A stretch of 64,000 nucleotides of DNA from IMG/VR virus record IMGVR_UViG_3300027816_000052, positions 124,001 to 188,000 of that record; one strand, 5' to 3'. The notes beneath the pieces were generated by a model that searched no databases, was not told the origin of the DNA, and saw nothing but the letters and a program-made list of their open reading frames with translations. The position numbers were made by a program, and so were the translations under genes. Positions 20,601 through 28,933 of this stretch are shown here, in pieces (position 1 is the first letter of the stretch; each line of letters opens with the position of its first letter).

Positions 20601-21036
20601 TGGCGATAGACAAGAAGTAATTGCGTGGAACAATAATTTTGGAGGTGCGCCGTTAAAAGACCTTCAGGATAATATAATTTCTTATTCAGAATCCGCTAAC
20701 GTATATTTCCAAAAACAATATTTATGTTTAAGAGGAATAGATGGATATACATTACCATACCCAACATTTGAAACCGTCGATAATAATATCTTATTCTTAA
20801 GAGATAAATTTACGAATTTAACGGGAAATATTGATTTATCATCTTACACAAATGACACAATTACAGGAAACACTTTAACAAATACATTATTTAAGAATTG
20901 GGTACAAAATTGGCCCAAGAATAATCAAGTTGATTTTGAAGATTTTGTAAGAACAAATGAAAAAAAGGCGCAAAGTTTAAAAAATAAATTTGGTCAATCG
21001 GTTTCATTAATGAATTCTATGAATCTTTTCACATAA
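14644..21036 (+). CDS. Giant baseplate hub protein (gp27/VgrG-like segments), 2130 aa
   Basis: YTCTVMGMGNALIQPTMYF...SGPYMILSVKH.L..GEFITQFTGVR hub motif; follows the LysM gene. Confidence 0.65.
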   Translation: MVDNEKILVEVDYDNIVLIDPNKVIGDNGKSQERLVKQEDLVMYANLEAIFVPRTKFNIGSAQDDTVQPVTIATNNFGAINFLNPGNEGFFTTEWSDEITGKDTLKNEGTNQIRQVIDTNSAFYLKQKIDNVKDTQTLGITNILVDNNASQTPVVTIDLVDVGGRTLFEKGDESPYSVFFNLPYPTFYLTLKGYFGKAIRYQLILAKFTSELDSQNGNFTVRLTFYSYKYTILADLQIGSVLALPNMYNTTYTLIPTTETNQNSDAARISVGQTDKPVTNVVVGKGYQKIRELYSEYKSKDLIPEDFPELSIPQLVVKLENFERNIIAQLGTEKFDSFTDIKNYKEGIKNLQTKVFSTNLEAWSRKYLDLENYYILIKLKTNDPEVRAYRYKKEISSDLQKIENAKAELTKLIEELKEVWTKNSTLGPNGTYTINGKTIESQINFNLNVDLINKNISDNQIDWCETYRRKFGRQINEKCKESVIENYGDFSSTIYIENSTEIVINNIFVFNGENSFNKEINQMITKANNIEEQIEKELTAILQKKLESAEGLGFKPTIRNIFAIIFASVEGIFRLLDDVHKDAFDQRYSRVRYDALFSDGKDDVSSDSTDLVSKTQEPNQTNGDIQVYPWPEFFIKTETENKISFPLAYPADPELIEKTQADNYDIWPEVEFVEEMIKGLTQRDVVFNTSDVTSDEEYSVNRLSLNAIEFPTTNRSYGPKEFVKFFYEIKERLIVASTIDKLNRNYKQTNDITEVIAQMEAYNILTSLSVDNPQIITALKNFKIDNQENFDAYLKQISNEGIGESWQLYIRGLYSTPYLRELTEQTKDFNILPSDIISGPSPNSEVESINKLVMFLNQDSNVIDFTDIYPIVNLEWARQNLANGSGLGSITNLTKTSSVIGFNSEKKHITNFNTNENDKIKRPLTSFSFTLQTPPNTYNNSIELNTFYQNRYNNYNNLLPTEGLITYENSPPSSVGNNQTTSIFNTPFMINALQSAADKLRNNNPHPFTEAAYLFLNSLPLSTLKEKYISQNENSINNLDYLISSFKKFGATHKLPYAWILKYGSIWHRYKNYVDSNGTNDLINNVWTNANTFTNFDPVNSNPTRQYNLSISGETNSIVLQNVGNNVTSMNLGFYPKLINDFYYLLTNKEYFQTYSDSEIQEKIDNQSLFLNRNQVNSYAQGVDLLNPSRSISIKYWDVLLKTNDSSDFSDENKQKTIVLPSFGTTTNQSKFECFSDSNQLNVEVLNNQSLFNGSARLFWAAPNYGYFDESQAIKPNYDEYLKEIFTQAQNQTPFSINSSYSKIDELIPTFKKEILDKFEEEFLKFSQSSLNIPEENRGTNSYLKNFQLLLSNLLIIDDVSVNTSVVNNVWSNQTKKFSQTITTFLLNNDIYFRYGNPSNFNRRIFNSFNTKTVVDPYSYNGYINNTLPPQISLSASETNNPDAWNAMKKYIGFYTISGMNYSDTGSTLTDFFIDIDVEFTKENVENLFPLIQIYGTQKLNGPINKEQFKQKLYDYLINNVDGFEANILQKTITILQKQLPNVSSVSQENRIPPSNDKQGKLELWQHFKTFNDRWIAGNDYKNKTLFEDVLFLDRASRDLGNLVYVDIFKLKDRIKARYDGKGRVIDLISAILEENKFIMMPLPAFVNFYGVTTPQLTDNPSIESSFDFANDLFGTFLNVDYRNSSPKLVCFYTDIPSQHLDLKNNPNYLYRTDAFDLGRPSNNTNRESLANKKDWYFSNRCVGFNVDFGTRNQSMFKTLTLSQENTSNTSETFKIYEMMADQAAGRSVAQQNVSLFTEYRNRSYTCTVMGMGNALIQPTMYFNLKHVPMFSGPYMILSVKHILNSGEFITQFTGVRMPVFSLPTINNSLASLNTNLFSKIFSDIKADVQKAQADGDLSSNKINSNNSIQLQTSKDKSPVSEGCTIYTLGDNTNTIYSTYRKAGQAIRNSYSIQEIISIIKSKVVGSDDNTKKIRAMVFSTIYLDGGDRQEVIAWNNNFGGAPLKDLQDNIISYSESANVYFQKQYLCLRGIDGYTLPYPTFETVDNNILFLRDKFTNLTGNIDLSSYTNDTITGNTLTNTLFKNWVQNWPKNNQVDFEDFVRTNEKKAQSLKNKFGQSVSLMNSMNLFT

Positions 21037-21062
21037 TCATATATTTATATAATAAAAACAAA

Positions 21063-21287
21063 ATGAACATTCAATCAGCTTTAGATAGTTATTTAAACAA
21101 AAAGACAAGAATTACCCAAAAAGATATGGGTAATGGTTACAATGAAGTTTGTGATTTAGACACAGGCGATTGCTATACAGTTAGAATGAAAGACGGTCTA
21201 ATTGAAAGAATTGACAACACTATGAGTGTAAATAAAAGAGTTCAAGTTGAAACACCTTCAGGTATTAAACAATTATTAAATGGTTAA
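21063..21287 (+). CDS. Hypothetical protein (74 aa)
   Basis: ORF preceded by TATTTATA. Confidence 0.75.
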   Translation: MNIQSALDSYLNKKTRITQKDMGNGYNEVCDLDTGDCYTVRMKDGLIERIDNTMSVNKRVQVETPSGIKQLLNG

Positions 21288-21927
21288 TAAAATGAAAATG
21301 GACGATAGAATCTTAAATGAATTAAAAAGACATAATTCAATAAATAAATATATCTTTGAACAAGATGTTACAATTCCTCCCCCAGAAGGAGAAGAAATTC
21401 CACCCGCTCCAGAAGCTATACCGGATGCTACAATTCCATCGTCACCAATAACAGCAGAACCAACTCCTGTTGTTCCTGAAACAGACCCTGAAGTTGAAAA
21501 AATTGATGCTAGTGGAGCATCAGAAGAACAAACTTCAAGCACAGAAGAATTGGATATTACCGATTTGGTAACGTCACAAAAAAATGTAGAACAAAAACAA
21601 GAAGAATATTTCAAGAATTTATTTTCACAATTGGAAACATTGCAAACCAAACTTTCAGAAATGGATGGAATTGTTGGTAAATTAAATGATATTGAACAGA
21701 AAATTGAAAAATATCGTCAAAAAACACCCCAAGAAAAACTTGAATTAAGAAGTTTGGATAGCGGTCCTTACACACAAAAATTATCCGATTTCTTCACCGA
21801 CAAAGAGAGTGAAATGGAAGCATCTGGAAAAAATGAATATGTTTTAACATCTGATGAAGTAACAGATTTTACACCAAATGAAATTAAAAACACATTTATT
21901 CCACCGACAGAAGACGAAACAATTTAA
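21280..21927 (+). CDS. Acidic Pro/Glu-rich and coiled-coil hypothetical protein
   Basis: ORF; low-complexity PPPEGEEIPPAPE segment followed by heptad-like region. Confidence 0.75.
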   Translation: MVNKMKMDDRILNELKRHNSINKYIFEQDVTIPPPEGEEIPPAPEAIPDATIPSSPITAEPTPVVPETDPEVEKIDASGASEEQTSSTEELDITDLVTSQKNVEQKQEEYFKNLFSQLETLQTKLSEMDGIVGKLNDIEQKIEKYRQKTPQEKLELRSLDSGPYTQKLSDFFTDKESEMEASGKNEYVLTSDEVTDFTPNEIKNTFIPPTEDETI

Positions 21928-21942
21928 TTAAGATTTTAAAAG

Positions 21943-21973
21943 AAAGGAAAAGATAGCATTTGTCTTTTCCTTT
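21943..21973 (+). terminator. Rho-independent terminator
   Basis: AAAGGAAAAGA-N9-TCTTTTCCTTT stem followed by a T-run. Confidence 0.7.
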
Positions 21974-22040
21974 TTTCTTTCCTATATTTAAAAACGGTCG
22001 ATAATGACAAACAAATTAACAATTAAAAACAATTAAAAAC

Positions 22041-22865
22041 ATGAGTACATTAGATTCGATTTTATCGCAGTATGAAAAAAACACAACCAAAGACGGTAAT
22101 AAAATGTCTATGGAGGAGAAGATGAAAAAGTATTTTGCTTGTCTTCTTCCAAATGGAGTATCAAATGGACAAAGGAGAATCAGAATTCTTCCAACAAAAG
22201 ATGGAAGCTCTCCCTTCAAAGAAGTTTGGTTCCACGAAGTTCAAGTTGGTGGTAAATGGGTTAAACTTTATGATCCCGGTAAGAATGACAATGAGCGTTC
22301 ACCCTTAAATGAAATTTTTGAGGAATTAAATTCAACCGGAAAAGAATCCGATAAACAACTTGCTGCGCAATACAGATCCAGAAAGTTCTATATTGTAAAG
22401 GTTGTTGATAGAGATGCTGAAGGTGATGGTGTTAAGTTCTGGAGATTCAAACACAATTATAAGAACGAAGGAATTTTGGATAAAATCATCCCCATCTTTA
22501 GAGCTAAGGGGGATATTACTGACCCAAAAGAAGGTAGAGATTTGATTATTCAGCTTGTCAAATCCAAAACCCCGAAAGGTAAGGAATATACAACAATTCA
22601 GACAATTATGCAAGAAGACCCTTCTGCTTTGAGCAAAAATAAAGAGCAAATGAAAGCTTGGGTTGAAGATGAATTAACTTGGGAGGATGTCTATTCGAAA
22701 AAACCGGTTGAATATCTTGAAGCAATTGCAAGGGGAGAAACACCGCGTTGGGATTCAGCAAAGGGTGGTTATGTTTATGGTGAAGAAGCTGAAAATCTTA
22801 CATCTGAGAGCACCATTGTTATGGATGGTCAAGATGATGAACCAAGCGGAGAATTACCCTTCTAA
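22041..22865 (+). CDS. T4 gp32-like single-stranded DNA-binding protein
   Basis: RIRILPT...PFKEVWFH, RKFYIVKVVDRD, GRDLII, acidic tail DDEPSGELPF. Confidence 0.85.
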   Translation: MSTLDSILSQYEKNTTKDGNKMSMEEKMKKYFACLLPNGVSNGQRRIRILPTKDGSSPFKEVWFHEVQVGGKWVKLYDPGKNDNERSPLNEIFEELNSTGKESDKQLAAQYRSRKFYIVKVVDRDAEGDGVKFWRFKHNYKNEGILDKIIPIFRAKGDITDPKEGRDLIIQLVKSKTPKGKEYTTIQTIMQEDPSALSKNKEQMKAWVEDELTWEDVYSKKPVEYLEAIARGETPRWDSAKGGYVYGEEAENLTSESTIVMDGQDDEPSGELPF

Positions 22866-22886
22866 AATAGAATTATATTAAATCAG

Positions 22887-22916
22887 AATCCCTCAGGTTA
22901 TAGCTTGGGGGATTTT
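22887..22916 (+). terminator. Probable terminator after the SSB gene
   Basis: AATCCCTCAG...CTTGGGGGATTTT imperfect stem followed by Ts. Confidence 0.6.
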
Positions 22917-22939
22917 GCTTTTTTATGATATTTATGGTT

Positions 22940-23656
22940 ATGAAAAAGATTAAATTAACAGAATCAGATTTATATAGGATTGTTAGAAAGGTTCTTCTTG
23001 AGCAAGAGGAAGAAAATAACAGAAGAATTTTTAATGAGAATCCAGAATATTTTAAAACGATTCTTAAAAATGTATTTAAAAATGATTCTAAGAAATTAAC
23101 AAGGTTTTTTAATAAACAATACGATAAGGTTATTATTAATGGAAGTTTGAATTTAGAAGGAGCACCAATTCAATCCTTACCGGATAATCTTTATGTTGGG
23201 GAAAATTTGTATTTAAGTGAAACACCAATTCAATCCTTACCGGATAATCTTTATGTTGGGGGGGAGTTAGATTTATCTTATTGTGAAGAAATTGAAACTT
23301 TACCTGAAACTCTTGAAGTTAAGGGTAATATTGATTTATCCTATTCGTCAATAAAATATTTACCCGATAACTTTAAAGTACCAAAAAACCTATTTTTAGA
23401 TTATTCTAAATTAGAACATTTACCGGATAATCTCACGGTTGGAAATAATTTAATAGTAAGGAGCACACTTATAACAAAACTACCAAATAATTTAAAAGTT
23501 GGTGGTAAATTAAATATCCGCAATACAGAGGTGGAAGAATTACCTGATGATTTAGAAGTAAAATCTCTTATTTTAATAGATTTTACACCATTGTCTTATA
23601 ACTTAGATTTACAAAAGAAATACAAGGAAAAAGGTTTTATACTATATACCAATTAA
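22940..23656 (+). CDS. Leader-tagged leucine-rich-repeat protein LRR-1 (start revised to MKKIK)
   Basis: MKKIKLTESDLYRIVRKVLLEQ leader, then about 7 repeats of 20-21 aa (L.L..T.I..LPDNL.V). Confidence 0.85.
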   Translation: MKKIKLTESDLYRIVRKVLLEQEEENNRRIFNENPEYFKTILKNVFKNDSKKLTRFFNKQYDKVIINGSLNLEGAPIQSLPDNLYVGENLYLSETPIQSLPDNLYVGGELDLSYCEEIETLPETLEVKGNIDLSYSSIKYLPDNFKVPKNLFLDYSKLEHLPDNLTVGNNLIVRSTLITKLPNNLKVGGKLNIRNTEVEELPDDLEVKSLILIDFTPLSYNLDLQKKYKEKGFILYTN

Positions 23657-23721
23657 ATTATCTTATCACAATATGTTGTTTTTTATTGGTTTTTTCTTAT
23701 ATTTTAAGAAAATCTAATAAT

Positions 23722-24714
23722 ATGGCACTTAAGAAAAAAGAAATTACATTAGCGGATATTAAGAATAAATTTTCGACCAAAACAAAATATAAGGAAACCC
23801 AGTTTTATAATTGTGGTGAAGCGTTTTTGGATGCTTGTGGTTTACCGGGACCGGTGATGGGTTCTATAAATTTGTTTATGGGTCATTCAGACACGTCAAA
23901 ATCGACAGCAATGATTTTATCTGCGGTTGATGCACAAAGTAAGGGTCATTTACCCGTATTTATTATTACGGAGAAGAAATTCAGTTGGGAACATGCTATT
24001 GAATTGGGGTTGGACGCACAATTAGATTCAGATGGTTCTTATGTTGGTCAATTTATTTATAATGATTCATTTGATTATGTTGAACAAGCAACCGATTATA
24101 TTAATTCATTATTAGATGCACAAGAAAAGGGGGAGTTACCGTACAATCTATTATTTTGTTTCGACAGTATTGGTTCAATTCCTTGTTTGGCAACATACGA
24201 AGGAAAGGGTGGCGGCATGCATACGGCTAAGGTATTGGCGGATAAGATTGGCATGGGACTTCATTCTAGAATTACTAAATCTAGAAAAGAAGAATATCCG
24301 TATATAAATACTATGGTTGTAATCAACCAAGTTTGGATTGAAATTCCAGATAATCCATATAGTCAACCTGTAGCAAAACCTAAAGGTGGGGAAGCTTTAT
24401 TTTTTTCGGCAGCATTAGTATTTTTATTTGGTAATCATAAAAATTCTGGTGTATCGCACATTACTGCGACAAAAAATGGTAGAACGGTATCATTTGCTAC
24501 AAGAACTAAGATATCAATATTAAAGAATCACATTAATGGTATATCGTTTAAAGATGGTAAAATTATCGCAGTACCTCAAGGGTATATTAAAGACGATAAA
24601 GCAGACATTGATAAATATAAAAAGCAATATTCACAATATTGGAATAAAATATTAGGTGGTGGTGATGATGATATTAATTTAGAAGAAGGTAAAGATGAAT
24701 TATTTGAATCATAA
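23722..24714 (+). CDS. recA: RecA/UvsX-like recombinase
   Basis: P-loop GHSDTSKST, FITEKKF, Walker B FCFDSIGS, VINQVW, PKGGEALFF, KNHING. Confidence 0.85.
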   Translation: MALKKKEITLADIKNKFSTKTKYKETQFYNCGEAFLDACGLPGPVMGSINLFMGHSDTSKSTAMILSAVDAQSKGHLPVFIITEKKFSWEHAIELGLDAQLDSDGSYVGQFIYNDSFDYVEQATDYINSLLDAQEKGELPYNLLFCFDSIGSIPCLATYEGKGGGMHTAKVLADKIGMGLHSRITKSRKEEYPYINTMVVINQVWIEIPDNPYSQPVAKPKGGEALFFSAALVFLFGNHKNSGVSHITATKNGRTVSFATRTKISILKNHINGISFKDGKIIAVPQGYIKDDKADIDKYKKQYSQYWNKILGGGDDDINLEEGKDELFES

Positions 24715-24760
24715 TTTGTTAATAATAACAACTTTTTATAAAATCTAGATATTTATTAAT

Positions 24761-24919
24761 ATGGGAAGAAAGAAAATAACTAACGAAGAAAAAAAACAAA
24801 GTATTTCTATTGCTCTGAAACCGGAGTTATTAGAATATTTTCGCGGACTCCATATTAATCTTTCTTCTCTAATAAATAAATTATTAGAGGATTATAAAAA
24901 TGGAAAAGAAAATATGTAA
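24761..24919 (+). CDS. Small ribbon-helix-helix-like DNA-binding protein (52 aa), not in the ORF track
   Basis: Manual translation MGRKKITNEEKKQSISIALKPELLEYFRGLHINLSSLINKLLEDYKNGKENM; TATTTATT 4 nt upstream; overlaps the start of the next gene. Confidence 0.7.
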   Translation: MGRKKITNEEKKQSISIALKPELLEYFRGLHINLSSLINKLLEDYKNGKENM

Positions 24920-25934
24920 TAAATGTGGAATCGAAGCTCTTATATCGAACCAAGGAAAAGGTTTTTGTGAGACTTGTCGAGTTTTGGACATTAAAGAACA
25001 ACGAAGTCGTAAATATTTTGAAAAAAAAGAGCAAGAGAGGTTAGAGTTATTTTATAGGGATTGTCCGATTTGTGGGAAAGTAATAACCTATAAAACAAGT
25101 AATGGATGTTATAAAGCTAATAAAAAAAACACATCTTGTTTGACTTGTTGTAAAATGGGCGAAAAAAATCCTTTTTATGGTAAAATCCATACCGCTGAAA
25201 GTATGGATAGAATGAAGAAGACCACACTAGAAAGTGAAAAAAGAAAAGACTTTTGGAAAAGACAACAAACACAAGAATTTAGAGATAAATTAAGTGAAAC
25301 TTTAAAGATAAGACAACCAAATAAAGGTAAGGGTTATTATAAAGCGTGGATTAGAGATTATGGGTTAGAAGTTGCAAACCAAATGGTAAAAGAATTTGGT
25401 GATAGAATATCTAAAACAGCTAAAGGTAAACGCTTAGGGATACCACCAAAACACGGGATTGCATGTGGTAACGGATGGTCTGGTTGGTATAAAGAATATT
25501 TCTTTAGAAGTGTTGGTGAGTTAAGTTTTATAATAAATGTGATTGAGAGATTTGGATTTAATGCGATTTCGGCTGAAAGTCAGAAATATAAAGTGCGTTA
25601 TTTTATAGATGGTTTTGAAAGAAATTATTTTCCGGACTTTGTTTTAAATGATAAGTACGTAGTTGAATGTAAACCAAAAAAATTACAAGAAATACCTCAT
25701 AATAAAATTAAGTTTGATGCCGCTAAATTAAAATTCAAAGAAGATGGTTTAATCTTTAAGGTTGTTGACATTCCAATTATTGATTTTAATCTATTATTAG
25801 ATTTACATGATAAGGATTTAATAAAATTTTCTAAAAAAACAAATGAAAAATTTATGGTATACGTTGAAAAGAAAAAAGATATTAAATCTTTTATTGATAA
25901 AATATCTCAGAATATTACTAAACCTTTAACTTAA
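24900..25934 (+). mobile_element. Homing endonuclease with NUMOD3-like motif and TnsA-like PD-(D/E)xK domain
   Basis: Zn-finger CxxC pairs, GEKNPFYGKIHTAES, FRSVGELSF, RNYFPDFVLNDKYVVECKP. Confidence 0.75.
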
Positions 25935-25938
25935 TAAA

Positions 25939-26712
25939 ATGATTCTAAATTATAAAAAACCGCAACCACTTAATTTAGATTCTGTGGTCTTCGTACCAAT
26001 AAGAAAATGTCGAAAATGTGCTGAGATTAAACCGTATTCAGAATTTAGAAAAGAAAAAAATAGAAAATTTGGTATTAGACATATATGTAAAGAATGTAAT
26101 AACATTAGAATAAAAAAATTGAGAGAAAAAAATCCTGAAAAAGTAAGAGAACATGAGAAAAAATGGAGAGAAAAAAATCCTGAAAAAGTAAAGGAAAAAA
26201 ATAAAAGATGGATGAAAAAAAATCCTGAAAAAGCAAAGGAAAAGAATAAAATATGGAGAGAAAAAAATCCTGAAAAAAGAAATCTAATAAATAGAAGATA
26301 TTTAAATAAAAATTTAAATCAAATTATGGAAAGACGTAAAAAAAGAATGGATAAAAACCCCGAATATAAACTAAGAATACTTATGTCATATAGATTAAGT
26401 AAAATGTTTAAACAAAAAAAACTAGCAAAAAATAGCAAAACTCTAGAAATATTAGGAACATCATTTAATAATTTTAAATGTTATCTAGAATCTCAATTTA
26501 ATGACGGAATGACATGGGAAAATCATGGTAAGGTGTGGCAAATTGATCATAAGGTACCGGTATCATATGGAAAAAATGAAGAGGAAATATGTAAGCTAAA
26601 TCATTATACAAATCTTCAACCACTATTCACCTTAGAAAACCAAAAAAAAAGCGATAAACTCCTCCCAGAACACGAAGAGTTATATAAAAAGCTATTAAAT
26701 AGAGAGTTATAA
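25939..26712 (+). mobile_element. HNH-type homing endonuclease
   Basis: CRKC/CKEC, KNPEK repeats, MTWENHG..WQIDHKVP...NHYTNLQPL...NQKKSDK. Confidence 0.85.
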
Positions 26713-26739
26713 TTTTCAAAAAACAAAAAACAAAAAAAC

Positions 26740-27360
26740 ATGAAAATACTCGAATTATTCGCAGGAAGTCGTTCATTCTCAAAGGTAGCAGAAGAACTTG
26801 GTCATCAAACATTTTCAGTTGACTGGGGACCATATGAGAATATTGATTTAAAAATGGACATTAAAGAAATGACCATTAATCATGTTCCTTTTGTACCAGA
26901 TGTTATTTGGTGTTCACCTGATTGCACAACTTATTCAATCGCAGCAATTAGCACACACAGAAATGGTACAGAACCAAAAAGCGAATATGCAAAAGAATGT
27001 GATTTAACAAATCAGCATTTTATTTCTTTAATCAAAGAATGGTTAGTAATTAATCCAAACTTAATCTTCTTTATAGAAAATCCAAGAGGAATGCTAAGAA
27101 AGATGCCATTTATGCAAGAATTTAAGCGACATACTACTTGGTATTGCAAGTATGATGATGAAAGAGCCAAACCCACAGATATTTGGACAAATTCAACAAC
27201 TTGGATACCAAGACCGGTTTGTAAAAATGGTAATAAAGAATGTCATCACCAACCAGCACCAAGGGGTTCAAAAACTGGAACGCAAGGTAGAGGTAATTCG
27301 TATGAGAGAAGTAAAATTCCTTATGAATTATGTTTAGAAATACTTAATAGCATACAATAA
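26740..27360 (+). CDS. Short C5-cytosine DNA methyltransferase-like protein
   Basis: Motif I ELFAGSRS, motif IV WCSPDC, motif VI FIENP; no obvious target-recognition domain. Confidence 0.75.
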   Translation: MKILELFAGSRSFSKVAEELGHQTFSVDWGPYENIDLKMDIKEMTINHVPFVPDVIWCSPDCTTYSIAAISTHRNGTEPKSEYAKECDLTNQHFISLIKEWLVINPNLIFFIENPRGMLRKMPFMQEFKRHTTWYCKYDDERAKPTDIWTNSTTWIPRPVCKNGNKECHHQPAPRGSKTGTQGRGNSYERSKIPYELCLEILNSIQ

Positions 27361-27361
27361 C

Positions 27362-27559
27362 ATGAAACTCTATATTCACGAAGGACCGGGACATTGTGTT
27401 GGTAGTGTTGTTATCGTGGTTTCAGATAATTATGAAACCGCATATGAAATCATTTCAAAACGACTGGATGATATGGGATTAAACAAAGAGAATATTTCAA
27501 TTATAGAAAAAGAAATAATCAATAACGAGATTGTTTTTTCAAAAAGTGGTGATTATTAA
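27362..27559 (+). CDS. Hypothetical protein (65 aa)
   Basis: ORF coupled to the methyltransferase stop. Confidence 0.65.
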   Translation: MKLYIHEGPGHCVGSVVIVVSDNYETAYEIISKRLDDMGLNKENISIIEKEIINNEIVFSKSGDY

Positions 27560-28094
27560 TCTGGAAAATTAAAAAATAATAGGTAAACATCACCATCTCT
27601 AAAATCATCTGAAATTATTACACCATCCATTTCTTCCCAATTTTTTTTACTTAATCTATCAAATTTTGTAATAATTAAAGGTCTTTCTTCACCCCATTTT
27701 GTGGTAATAATTGTATTACCTTCATCATCAATTCCAGTTTTACCTCTTAACATGAAAGGTATTGGATAATCCATATACATTGACCCGTTTTCATAACCTT
27801 CATCTTTTAAATATTTTCTTGCGTTACCAATTGCGTCAAAGGTTTCTGTTGCGGTGAAAAATTTACTATAAACAATTACCCTATCACTTATTGCATAAAC
27901 ACCATTAATATTTGGAAAAACTTCACCAACCTTTTTACCAATAATATCATAAGCTGTTTCATCTTCTTTAAGAACTCGTTTAACTAAATTAATTAAGTCA
28001 GATTCCGTTAATCTTATTATTTTTTTCATAGTGTGTTATTTTAATGTAAATATCTTTAAAAGTAAAAAGCCAAAAAAGTGGTGATTATTAATCT
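27541..28094. repeat. 22-bp direct repeat AAAAAGTGGTGATTATTAATCT at 27541-27562 and 28073-28094
   Basis: Exact match read from the sequence; each copy contains the stop codon of a minus-strand cargo gene. Confidence 0.9.
27556..28029 (-). CDS. Leader-tagged protein of unknown function (157 aa)
   Basis: MKKIIRLTESDLINLVKRVLKE leader; body unrelated to the LRR genes. Confidence 0.8.
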   Translation of the reverse strand: MKKIIRLTESDLINLVKRVLKEDETAYDIIGKKVGEVFPNINGVYAISDRVIVYSKFFTATETFDAIGNARKYLKDEGYENGSMYMDYPIPFMLRGKTGIDDEGNTIITTKWGEERPLIITKFDRLSKKNWEEMDGVIISDDFRDGDVYLLFFNFPD

Positions 28095-28875
28095 CTACTA
28101 ATTCTATATTTTTCTTCATATTTCGCAACCAATTCATCATTATCTTTTAATGGTGTTTCACGAATATAAATTATCCCATTAACATAAAGATTATCCCCTA
28201 AGGATTTAATTGGTGTTCCATTTAACCACAAATCTCCCCCAACACGAAGATTATCCGGTAAGGATTGAATTGGTGTTTCAGTTAAATCCAACCTTCCCTC
28301 AACATGAAGATTATCCGGTAAGGATTGAATTGGTGTTCCTCGTAAATACAAACTTCCCCCAACATGAAGATTATCCGGTAAGGATTGAATTTGCGTTCCT
28401 TCTAAATCCAAATTTCCCTTAACGTCAAGATTATCCGGTAAGGATTGAATTGGTGTTCCATTTAACCACAAACTTCCCCCAACACGAAGATTATCCGGTA
28501 AGGATTGAATTTGTGTTCTTTGTAAATACAAACTTCCCCCAACACGAAGATTATCCGGTAAGGATTTAAGATTTTTGCATCCATATAAATTCAAATATCC
28601 CTCAACATGAAGATTATCCGGTAAGGATTGAATTTGTGTTTTTTCTAAATCCAAACCCCCATTAACAACAATCTCATCATATTTGTTATTAAGATGTTTA
28701 ACAAATCTTTCACCTGATGATGATGTTATAAAAGATGCAAATGCTCCCGGAGAAAATGTAAAACTTCTCTTTTCTTCCTCCTGTTCAAAAAGAACTTGTT
28801 TAATTATCCTATATAAATCTGATTCTGTTAATTTAATCTTTTTCATAACCATAAATATCATTAAAAGTAAAAAGC
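28047..28875. repeat. 24-bp direct repeat TAAATATC[T/A]TTAAAAGTAAAAAGC at 28047-28070 and 28852-28875
   Basis: One mismatch; each copy holds the TATTTA motif upstream of a minus-strand cargo gene. Confidence 0.9.
28088..28846 (-). CDS. Leader-tagged LRR protein LRR-2 (8 repeats plus cap)
   Basis: MKKIKLTESDLYRIIKQVLFEQ leader; G.L.L..T.IQSLPDNL.V repeats with 60/63-bp DNA period. Confidence 0.9.
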   Translation of the reverse strand: MKKIKLTESDLYRIIKQVLFEQEEEKRSFTFSPGAFASFITSSSGERFVKHLNNKYDEIVVNGGLDLEKTQIQSLPDNLHVEGYLNLYGCKNLKSLPDNLRVGGSLYLQRTQIQSLPDNLRVGGSLWLNGTPIQSLPDNLDVKGNLDLEGTQIQSLPDNLHVGGSLYLRGTPIQSLPDNLHVEGRLDLTETPIQSLPDNLRVGGDLWLNGTPIKSLGDNLYVNGIIYIRETPLKDNDELVAKYEEKYRISRD

Positions 28876-28933
28876 ACGTCTTTAATAAACAAGATTCATA
28901 TGATATTTATGGTTTAAATAGACACCCCAAGTC

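Noticed and set aside
22012-22040. ACAATTAAAA tandem before the SSB start as a T4 gene-32-like translational operator
   Set aside because: Similar ACAATTAA repeats precede the unrelated gene at 40828, so this is likely generic A-rich Bacteroidota-type initiation context; no pseudoknot identified
25939-27360. HNH nuclease plus methyltransferase as a restriction-modification pair
   Set aside because: The nuclease has the architecture of a free-standing phage HNH endonuclease, and such genes are scattered through the window; adjacency alone is insufficient
28210-28422. Plus-strand ORFs with PQHEDYPVRIE repeats (also 37714-38106)
   Set aside because: Antisense shadows of the LRR repeats
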